Below are positions 6,945-14,525 of a stretch of 20,000 nt of DNA, one piece after another. The stretch's first letter is position 1. Each line of letters begins with the position of its first letter. The notes under the pieces were generated by a model. That model searched no databases, was not told where the DNA came from, and saw nothing but the letters and a program-made list of their open reading frames with translations. Position numbers and translations under genes: made by a program. The stretch lies in IMG/VR virus record IMGVR_UViG_3300021962_000002, one strand, 5' to 3'. The DNA comes from an uncultured virus (IMG/VR IMGVR_UViG_3300021962_000002) (Duplodnaviria; Heunggongvirae; Uroviricota; Caudoviricetes).

Positions 6945-6994
6945 GACCTCATCAGTGCGCTCATTAAGCACAGACCCCCGAAGGAGTTTCGGTC
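6945..6994 (-). ncRNA. Type II hammerhead ribozyme
   Basis: Minus strand GACC-GAA-ACUCC-UUCG-GGGGU-C^UGUGCUU-AAU-GAGCGCA-CUGAUGA-GGUC. Core CUGAUGA and GAAA, GUC cleavage triplet, stem III with a cUUCGg loop, 7-bp stem I, open stem II GACC/GGUC. Confidence 0.92.
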
Positions 6995-7003
6995 TATTCT
7001 TTC

Positions 7004-7252
7004 TTACCAGTTACGATCTATTAAACAACGCTTGATGATCTCTGCCATAGTCTCGTTAATCTCATTGATTGCATGATTGATAAAGCCAGCGCCCGAACCC
7101 ATTCCTGCTCTGACGTTGCGACAATCAGCTTCATGTCTTTCTTCAAACGGGAATGATCCCTTTGGTAACAGCGCTATCAATCCATCCTTCCTTGCTTGAA
7201 GTTGATTGATTGCTTCTGCTGCTGTGATTGGTAGTTGTAATGTAGTATTCAT
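7004..7252 (-). CDS. Small hypothetical protein (82 aa) upstream of the hammerhead
   Basis: ATG with the leader ACCAACAACACACACAT. The stop is about 10 nt before the ribozyme. Confidence 0.65.
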   Translation of the reverse strand: MNTTLQLPITAAEAINQLQARKDGLIALLPKGSFPFEERHEADCRNVRAGMGSGAGFINHAINEINETMAEIIKRCLIDRNW

Positions 7253-7407
7253 ATGTGTGTGTTGTTGGTATAGTCTGAGGGGCGGCGGGTGTCACCTGAC
7301 TCCCCTACTCCGCAGTATCGACTACACAGATGGAACAGAACGTTTGTGAAAAAATTCTCGTAAAAAAAATTCTTGAGTGAAAATAAATGATGGGTTAATT
7401 AGACGCC

Positions 7408-9135
7408 ATGGATAAGTATGGATACAATTGGCCGACTGGTGTAAATCAGTTGACGATTGAGTTATGGTGCTATGCGCATAGAAAGTGCAGTGTTGAGGAG
7501 AAGTGGGATCACTTCAAGAATGTGGTTGATTTGGCGTTTAACTGTGATGGGAGTGTAAGGAGGGTTATTTGGAATAAGTGGACGAATAAGATGATTCGTA
7601 GTGCTATTGGTGATGGGGGGAAGAAGAGGTTTTTGGGAATTGCGGGATGTTCGTCTAGTGGCAAGAGTGATGGCTTTGCCTTGTATGCATTGGTGGAGTT
7701 TTGGAGTCGGCCAGCAGACACATATGTGTTTGTTATGAGCACGACTAAGGCTGACGCTAGGAAAAGGATTTGGAGGAGTGTTACGCAGTTGTATGCACAG
7801 GCACAAAGGATGGGATGTCCTGGAAAGTTAGTGGATAGCCTTGGAGTAATTCAGGGCGTAAACAAGTTAGGGAAACTGACAAGGAACAGTGGCATTGAGC
7901 TTGTGGCAGCAGGTAAGGCTGAAGCTGGAGAAGCTAGTAGTGGATTGATTGGTATTAAGAGTCCGAATGTTGTTGTGATTGCTGATGAGATGCCAAACCT
8001 TGGAGAGGGTATTTTGGAAGCAGCGTGGGACAACCTTACGTCCAATGATCGGGTGTTCTTTGGTGGATTGGGTAACCCGAATTTATTTAGTGATCCATTT
8101 GCTGATTTGTGCGAGCCAGTTGGTGGGTGGGCTACAATTACGGAACAAGATGAGGAATGGAAAACAAAGTATGGAATGTGTATTCGCTTTAATGCTGAGT
8201 TAAGTCCACGGATTACAGAGCCTGATGGAGAGAAGTATTTTTGGCAACCAGATCAAATGTATTGCGACAGGATTGCAGACGCTAGAGGTGGTAAGAGAAG
8301 TAGAGGATACTATCGTTTCGTTAAAGCTTTCTGGTGTCCAGAAGGTGCTGGAAATACAATTTACCAAGAAAGTGAGTTCATTGTGAACAATGCAATGGAG
8401 GATCAAGAGCCTGAATGGGAGGGGACGCCGATTGTAATTACGGCGCTAGATCCTGCATTTACCCGTGGAGGTGATAGGGCTTACGCTGGTGTTGCAAAGA
8501 TTGGTAAAGTTGGTGGGCGCGATCATCTTCATATTTGTCAGTATAGGGGGTTAGTAGAGGATACTTCTGACAAGAAGAATCCATTATCTCATCAATTGGT
8601 GATACAATGGAAGGAATTGGCTACAGACTGGGGTGTTACACCATACAGAGCTACGCTAGACGGTACAGGGAGCGGTATTAGCTTTGGGCATATAGTTGAT
8701 GCGCTTTGGAGTCCTGCTGTCTCTAAAGTCAATTTTAGCTCAAAGGCTTCAGGTAGAAAAGCATTCTTCCGTGGCAAAGAAATTGAGTATTACAACAAGA
8801 ACAGCGAGTTATGGATTCAACCAAAAGAGTTTATTCGTGGTGGTCAGATTACTGGCGTGAGCAAGGAGTTGATGAAGGAACTTTGCACACGACAATACTA
8901 TTCAAAAGAAACTGCTAAGTTGCGCGTAGAAAGCAAAGATGAACATAAAAAGAATAACAATGGAGAGTCTTGTGACATTGCAGATATGTTCTTAATGTTA
9001 GTAGATAAATCCATTGCTTTAGGAATGTTTCATTCTGAAGAAGTCAAGAATGTCAGTAAGGTAACTGGCAAGAATTGGAGTAGATTAGTTAAGAAAAAGC
9101 AAATTAATGCTTGCTGTGGAAGAAAATTGAGGTAA
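7408..9135 (+). CDS. terL: Terminase large subunit
   Basis: Walker A GCSSSGKS, Walker B VVVIADE, GNP coupling motif, nuclease motifs ALDPAFTRGGD and CDIAD. Directly upstream of a portal-sized ORF. Confidence 0.9.
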   Translation: MDKYGYNWPTGVNQLTIELWCYAHRKCSVEEKWDHFKNVVDLAFNCDGSVRRVIWNKWTNKMIRSAIGDGGKKRFLGIAGCSSSGKSDGFALYALVEFWSRPADTYVFVMSTTKADARKRIWRSVTQLYAQAQRMGCPGKLVDSLGVIQGVNKLGKLTRNSGIELVAAGKAEAGEASSGLIGIKSPNVVVIADEMPNLGEGILEAAWDNLTSNDRVFFGGLGNPNLFSDPFADLCEPVGGWATITEQDEEWKTKYGMCIRFNAELSPRITEPDGEKYFWQPDQMYCDRIADARGGKRSRGYYRFVKAFWCPEGAGNTIYQESEFIVNNAMEDQEPEWEGTPIVITALDPAFTRGGDRAYAGVAKIGKVGGRDHLHICQYRGLVEDTSDKKNPLSHQLVIQWKELATDWGVTPYRATLDGTGSGISFGHIVDALWSPAVSKVNFSSKASGRKAFFRGKEIEYYNKNSELWIQPKEFIRGGQITGVSKELMKELCTRQYYSKETAKLRVESKDEHKKNNNGESCDIADMFLMLVDKSIALGMFHSEEVKNVSKVTGKNWSRLVKKKQINACCGRKLR

Positions 9136-9144
9136 GAACAGCCC

Positions 9145-11460
9145 ATGTCTTTTGTCGAAAGCACACGCGAACTTGATATTATCGCAGATAATTTGAAGAG
9201 TATTGACCCAAAAACGGGTGAAGCTCCTAAAGAACGCATGGTTACGCCAGCTGGGTTACGTTCCATTCATAGTAAAAACATTAATGATGATGAAATTGGC
9301 TCCCATAACAGGGGATTGGTGCAACAAGACATGGATTTTAGTCCTCCTTTTGATGAAAAAGAACTAAAAGACAAAGGACAAGGTGAAAGATTTAACTTCA
9401 ATACAGGTGAAGCAGCTGCAATTAAGAACGAAGCCGTCTCTGGTTACGTAGATATTTACAGCACACCTACTACAATTGCGCAGATTCCGTTGAAAAACGT
9501 TCCTGAGCCAATGCGTAGCATGTATGAAGCTGTATTAGCTGAAGAATTCACCACAATGGATAAGGCGAATGACTCTGCTTTCCCCACATTCCTTCAACTT
9601 TGCGACATTTATGTTACTCATGGCGTGGCTGTAGGTTACTTTGAGGATAAACAGACAATGCATTACAAGGTTGGCGGGTTAGACAGATTCAAATTCCCGC
9701 GCAAAACAACCATCATTACGAGCGATATGCCTATGTGTACTTGCTCCAGCACAATGAGCATCATTGAACTCTATAATAAGATTAGAGGAGATGAACCCTT
9801 GAAAGGCTGGAATAAAGATGCTGTAATTAGAGCTATTACTACTGCGGCTGGTCACACTGACACCAAGTGGAATGAATGGGAGCGCCTACAAGAAGACTTG
9901 AAATGTAACGATGTCTATCTTGAGAGCGCAGTTGACATGATTGAACTGGTTTATGGCTGGATTGTAGAGTTTGACAAGAGCGTCTCCTTCTACATTACAA
10001 CCAAAAACGGTTCAGACATGAACACTGCAAAAGGAGATGAAGAGTTCCTGTTTAAGGAAGTCAGTTACTATGAAAACACCAATCAAGCCTTCCAGATTTT
10101 TGCATTCACAATTGGAAACAATGCCCGTATCCACTCCGTAAGAGGATTAGGCTACCTTATCTACCAGATCTGTAACGCTATGAACGTCCTAACCTGTAAG
10201 GTTATGGACAATGCGCGTATTGAGGGATCAATGGTTGTTCAAGCTACAACGCAAGAAGACCTTGAAGACCTTGAAATTATTGACTTTGCTGGCGGTATTG
10301 CACTACCTCCAAACATTAATCTTCCAGCTAGACCACAAGCCAACAACCTCAATAACTCCATGATTCCAGCTATCCAGCTTGGTCGTGGACTTCTTGATCG
10401 CGCTACTGGTGGACTAAGTGCTGGTAACATGATTCTGGCAAACCAACAAGATAGACGCACAAAACTTGAGGTTAGTGCGCAACTTGATTGGATTAACAAA
10501 CTAAATAGTTTTGCTATCAACCTGTTCTATGGTCCGTTGGATAAATTGATGCGTGAAAAAGTTAAACGTGCATTCACGATTCGACAACCTGACCGAGAAA
10601 GCCGTAAAATGGTGCAGGAAATGAAGCAACGCTGCATAGATAGAGGAGTGCCTGAAGAGGTATTCGCTATGATTGATTATGAAAAAATCAAAGCGCAGCG
10701 TATCATTGGAACTGGATCAAGAGTAAGTCGTGTTATGATTTACGACCAGCTGCAACAAATGTATGCAAGCATGGATGAAATTGGACGTAAGAACTTTACG
10801 TTCGATGTAGCTGCCGAGCTTATTGGCGCTGACAAGACCGTTCGTTACTTTGGTAAACCAGAGGATCAACGTCTTCCAATGGATGCTAAGATTGCTGATC
10901 TTGAAAACAACCTGTTGCTACAAGGTCAACCAGTCAATCCTATTGATGGTGAAATGCACATGGTTCACATTCCTCGCCACTTGGCAGTGCTTGAAGAATC
11001 GCTTCAGGGCGTTGAAACTGGTGAAGTTGACTTGATGCAGTATGCTACAACCTTCTCTCCAGTTCATGAACACCTTACTCAAACTCTTGAAATGACTACG
11101 GTTCAACCTGAAATTCAAGAAGAGTATAACTCCTTCCTACAAAGAGCACAGCAAATTGGTGAAATCATTGTTAATGGTATTCGCGCTTATAACAAGCAAC
11201 AACAAAAAGCTGAAGAAGAAGCTGCTGCTGCTGCTGAACAAGGTCAACCACAAGAGCAAGGTGGCAATCCAGCTGAGACAATGGAAACTCGCATGAAGAT
11301 GCAGATGCAAGCAGAGATTCACCAAGAGAAACTCCGTCAAATGCGCGAGATTGGACAGCAAAAGATCGTTCTTGAAACACAGAAAGCTATGAGCCAGATT
11401 GCAGCTAAGGACGCTGAAGCCAGAGCTAGAGTGGACAGAATCAAAGCCATGGGGCAATAA
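9145..11460 (+). CDS. Portal (head-tail connector) protein
   Basis: 771 aa after terL, helical, RTKLEV motif, Q/E/M-rich C-terminal coiled coil as in P22-like portals. Confidence 0.75.
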   Translation: MSFVESTRELDIIADNLKSIDPKTGEAPKERMVTPAGLRSIHSKNINDDEIGSHNRGLVQQDMDFSPPFDEKELKDKGQGERFNFNTGEAAAIKNEAVSGYVDIYSTPTTIAQIPLKNVPEPMRSMYEAVLAEEFTTMDKANDSAFPTFLQLCDIYVTHGVAVGYFEDKQTMHYKVGGLDRFKFPRKTTIITSDMPMCTCSSTMSIIELYNKIRGDEPLKGWNKDAVIRAITTAAGHTDTKWNEWERLQEDLKCNDVYLESAVDMIELVYGWIVEFDKSVSFYITTKNGSDMNTAKGDEEFLFKEVSYYENTNQAFQIFAFTIGNNARIHSVRGLGYLIYQICNAMNVLTCKVMDNARIEGSMVVQATTQEDLEDLEIIDFAGGIALPPNINLPARPQANNLNNSMIPAIQLGRGLLDRATGGLSAGNMILANQQDRRTKLEVSAQLDWINKLNSFAINLFYGPLDKLMREKVKRAFTIRQPDRESRKMVQEMKQRCIDRGVPEEVFAMIDYEKIKAQRIIGTGSRVSRVMIYDQLQQMYASMDEIGRKNFTFDVAAELIGADKTVRYFGKPEDQRLPMDAKIADLENNLLLQGQPVNPIDGEMHMVHIPRHLAVLEESLQGVETGEVDLMQYATTFSPVHEHLTQTLEMTTVQPEIQEEYNSFLQRAQQIGEIIVNGIRAYNKQQQKAEEEAAAAAEQGQPQEQGGNPAETMETRMKMQMQAEIHQEKLRQMREIGQQKIVLETQKAMSQIAAKDAEARARVDRIKAMGQ

Positions 11461-11465
11461 ACTTT

Positions 11466-11699
11466 ATGACAGAAGCAGAACAACAAGCGTTAGGCCGTAT
11501 TTTGGCCACGCCATTATTGGAGAAAGTATTCTCCGAGATTCCACGCACTAGATGCAAGATAGATGTTGATACAGTGGAAAAAGCCGCTTTATCACAGGCT
11601 TACAATATGGGGCTTTTAGCTGGGCTAAACGCGTTCTATGAGTTAGCTAAAACCAAACAAACTGTAACATTAACAACGAGAAAGTTGCGCCATGAGTAA
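11466..11699 (+). CDS. Small head-module protein (77 aa)
   Basis: Lies between portal and scaffold and overlaps the next start. Confidence 0.6.
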   Translation: MTEAEQQALGRILATPLLEKVFSEIPRTRCKIDVDTVEKAALSQAYNMGLLAGLNAFYELAKTKQTVTLTTRKLRHE

Positions 11700-12852
11700 A
11701 GAAGACACCGATGACGGAGGAGAAATTGAAATCCTAAAAGCAATGAACGATTCATTCCCAACGGATGATAATTATTCATTATCAGACAATAATGAACCAA
11801 TCGAGGAAACTCCTGTTTCTGATCCTGTAAAAAAGGATGATGTAGCTCCAGCAGTTAAAAATGATGAAGTTAACTTAATTGAGGAAGCTGATGACTTTCT
11901 TGGTTTGTCTGAGGAAGAAAAATCAACTGAGTTTAATGAAGACACCTTCAATAAAGAAACTGAAGAAATGTCAAAAGGCATGGATGCTAAAGCAGGTGAC
12001 AAGTTCCGTGCTTTGCGTCAAGAGCTTAAAGACTACAAACAAAAGCAAGTTGAGGTAAAAGTCCCTGCTGATGTTGAAGCTAAAATCAAAGACCTAGAAC
12101 TTAAAGCCGCTGAAGCAGAAGGCCTACGTCAACAAGTAGAAGAACTTAGCTCTGTCAGTGCCAAGGTTAAAGTTGAATCGTCTCAAGAATACAAAAAGAA
12201 AGTCCTTGAGCCAGCTGTAGCCATCTTGCAAGAGTCTGAAAAGATTGCCGCTGCACATGAGGTTGATGCTGAAATCGTTCAAGATATTGTCCGTGAACAA
12301 GACAGAGAATTGCAGATTGAGTTGATTAATGCTCATTTATCTGGACTTAATGAGCTTGAAAAGCAAGACCTTTATCGCATGATCTATGAATACCGTAATC
12401 TTGGTAAACTTAGACAGGATATGCTTGAGAATGCTTCAGTTAAACTAAGTCAGATTGAAGCAGAACAAATTGAACAACAACAAAGACAATCTGAAGAAGA
12501 AAAGAAAGCTGTTCAACAAATCCAATCTAGCATTTGGGATAAGTACAAAACAGTTATTCCAGGATTTACGAATGAAAATGGAGAATCCACTGAAGACTGG
12601 ACAAAGCTTCGCAATAGAGCATTATCCATTGATTTCAACAAGGCCGCTGGCAAGGATAAGGCTTATGCTGCATTTGCTGGTGTTGCGCTTCCACATGTAA
12701 TCAAAGAGCTTAACAATGCTAAGAAAATGCTACAGGAGCTTACAGGTAAAGAAGCTAATGAGATTCTACGCAGACCAAAACTTGGTCAGCCAGTTGTTGA
12801 ATCAGCAGAGCCTGAAGATTTTCTTTCTGCGATGAGAAAAATGAAATTCTAA
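11692..12852 (+). CDS. Putative scaffolding protein
   Basis: Very acidic N-terminus and long E/K/Q coiled coils, directly before the capsid gene. Confidence 0.65.
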   Translation: MSKEDTDDGGEIEILKAMNDSFPTDDNYSLSDNNEPIEETPVSDPVKKDDVAPAVKNDEVNLIEEADDFLGLSEEEKSTEFNEDTFNKETEEMSKGMDAKAGDKFRALRQELKDYKQKQVEVKVPADVEAKIKDLELKAAEAEGLRQQVEELSSVSAKVKVESSQEYKKKVLEPAVAILQESEKIAAAHEVDAEIVQDIVREQDRELQIELINAHLSGLNELEKQDLYRMIYEYRNLGKLRQDMLENASVKLSQIEAEQIEQQQRQSEEEKKAVQQIQSSIWDKYKTVIPGFTNENGESTEDWTKLRNRALSIDFNKAAGKDKAYAAFAGVALPHVIKELNNAKKMLQELTGKEANEILRRPKLGQPVVESAEPEDFLSAMRKMKF

Positions 12853-12869
12853 TTTTTGTAAAATAGTTT

Positions 12870-13000
12870 TTGACACATGCTGCTTTTTATGACAATTGTC
12901 TCTCGAACTGTTCGAGGTGCATGGTTCTAAAAAGCAGCATTTTCCGTTGGCTCGGTCGTTATCCGTTCTAGTAGTTACTTCTACAGAGGTTTTCCTCAGT
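12870..13000 (+). promoter_or_regulatory. Structured leader upstream of the major capsid gene
   Basis: TTGACA at 12870. Perfect 13-bp IR ATGCTGCTTTTTA (12877-12889) / TAAAAAGCAGCAT (12928-12940) enclosing GACAATTGTC and CTCGAA-CTG-TTCGAG. GAGG-TTTT-CCTC hairpin further downstream. Confidence 0.5.
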
Positions 13001-13037
13001 GGTATTTTCTTCTTTAACTTTTAACTAATAATAAATT

Positions 13038-14441
13038 ATGGCTGACACAATTAATGACTGGTTGCTCCGCGAGTCGGGCAGAATCACCCCTAATATTAAC
13101 CAAAAAATGATGGCCAAAACCACACCTTGGCTTACCCTGCATCTTCGTGAAGCATGGGAAGAAGGTATGGGTAATGTCCACAAAACCTTTGTATTCGATC
13201 GCGCTCAACTTGTTGGCGCTGCCCCTGTTGATTGGCAAAACATGACCGATGTAGATGGTGCTAACACAGTAGGTAGTAGCTGTGTGCCGCAATCTGACGA
13301 AATCAAATTCACGCAACAAAGCCGTGAGTATTTCCTGCAAACCAAAGCAATTTGGGGTCCGAACCTTTGCGTAAACAACCTTCGCAATACTTTTGTTCGT
13401 GAACAACAAATGAAAGCTTCGATTGCTGCTCTTGCTGACCAAGCTCGCGAGACTTGGATTGAGCGTTACCGTAGTGAATACACCCGTGTTTCGGATAACA
13501 AATGCCTTGCTAATTCCAGTTTTGCCCTTAACGGCGGTGGATACAATAATTTTGCATTCCCTAGCCCAGGAAGTACACCTGCTGTTTCTATTCTTACCCA
13601 AAGTTTCCTTAACTATGTTTACGAGTATCTTAACCATCAAGGCGCACAAGACGGCGCTATGGGCATGGTTGAAACCCGTCCAGTGTATGGCCTTGTAACT
13701 AGCGCTCGCACTAGCCGCAACATTATCTTGGAAAATGCTGACATTCGTGAAGACTTCCGTTATTCGTCTCAAAACGAAAAACTGCTTGCTCCTATGGGTG
13801 TTAAGTGGAACTACGCTGGCTTTGTTCACTTGATTGATGATAAGACTCCTCGTTGGAACTGGCTACCCGCTGCAACTGGAACCATCAAAGTGGCAACCAC
13901 GATTCTCACAACTTACGCTGCTGACGGAACAACCCTTGCCGCAACGACTCTTACGGTTGGCTCGCAAGTGTATTCTGGTTCTAATCAATACATTATTAAA
14001 GCTGTATTGAGTGGTAGCACTTACACTGTAATGAAGCCAGACGGCACAGCACCTACCATTCAGAGTTCCGCTGCCGTGTATAGTGCATGGGTTAAAGTTC
14101 CTGAGTTTATCAAGTCTGGCAATGTGATTATTCCTAATCCTGCTTGGCTTTCTGCTGAGTACGAGGATTCCTACATCTTCCACCAAAAAACTGAAGTGTG
14201 CTTGATTCCTAAGCCAATCACTAATGTTGCTGGTGCTAAGTTTGATGTTGTCAATCATGCTGGTGAGTTCTCTTGGAAGAACTACTTGGATGAAGAAAAG
14301 AACCCAGACGGCACGATTGGTCGTTTCCGTGGTGTTCTTAGCTCTGGCACACGTCCTGAAAATCCTGAGTTTGGTATTGTCATTCGTCATAGAGCGTGTC
14401 CTAATGCGTTTGCGATTGTTGACTGCACTACCCTAGGATAA
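13038..14441 (+). CDS. Major capsid protein
   Basis: 467 aa after the scaffold, strong T/C third-position codon bias, AT-rich leader, followed by a strong hairpin. Confidence 0.8.
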   Translation: MADTINDWLLRESGRITPNINQKMMAKTTPWLTLHLREAWEEGMGNVHKTFVFDRAQLVGAAPVDWQNMTDVDGANTVGSSCVPQSDEIKFTQQSREYFLQTKAIWGPNLCVNNLRNTFVREQQMKASIAALADQARETWIERYRSEYTRVSDNKCLANSSFALNGGGYNNFAFPSPGSTPAVSILTQSFLNYVYEYLNHQGAQDGAMGMVETRPVYGLVTSARTSRNIILENADIREDFRYSSQNEKLLAPMGVKWNYAGFVHLIDDKTPRWNWLPAATGTIKVATTILTTYAADGTTLAATTLTVGSQVYSGSNQYIIKAVLSGSTYTVMKPDGTAPTIQSSAAVYSAWVKVPEFIKSGNVIIPNPAWLSAEYEDSYIFHQKTEVCLIPKPITNVAGAKFDVVNHAGEFSWKNYLDEEKNPDGTIGRFRGVLSSGTRPENPEFGIVIRHRACPNAFAIVDCTTLG

Positions 14442-14453
14442 TGTTCATAGTCT

Positions 14454-14486
14454 GCCTCCCTCATGACCTGAAATCATGGGGGAGGT
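14454..14486 (+). terminator. Strong stem-loop after the capsid gene (no U-tract; partial terminator or stabiliser)
   Basis: GCCTCCCTCATGA-CCTGAAA-TCATGGGGGAGGT, followed by a second hairpin TCTCCC-TACG-GGGAAGA. Confidence 0.6.
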
Positions 14487-14506
14487 TATCTCCCTACGGG
14501 GAAGAA

Positions 14507-14520
14507 TTTAGCCAACTAAA
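14507..14520. promoter_or_regulatory. 14-bp motif TTTAGCCAACTAAA, copy 3
   Basis: Exact copy 5 nt upstream of the ATG at 14526. Confidence 0.55.
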
Positions 14521-14525
14521 CCGCT

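Noticed and set aside
6940..6990. Hammerhead on the plus strand (CTGATGA at 6940)
   Set aside because: No GAAA after a stem II. It is only the mirror arm of the inverted repeat.
6214..7407. CRISPR mini-array or intron between the terminase genes
   Set aside because: No regularly spaced direct repeats. Both flanking ORFs look complete, and no group I or II intron hallmarks were seen.
13014..14390. Long antisense ORFs (271 aa and 175 aa) opposite the capsid gene
   Set aside because: Shadow ORFs expected from biased codon use in a highly expressed gene.
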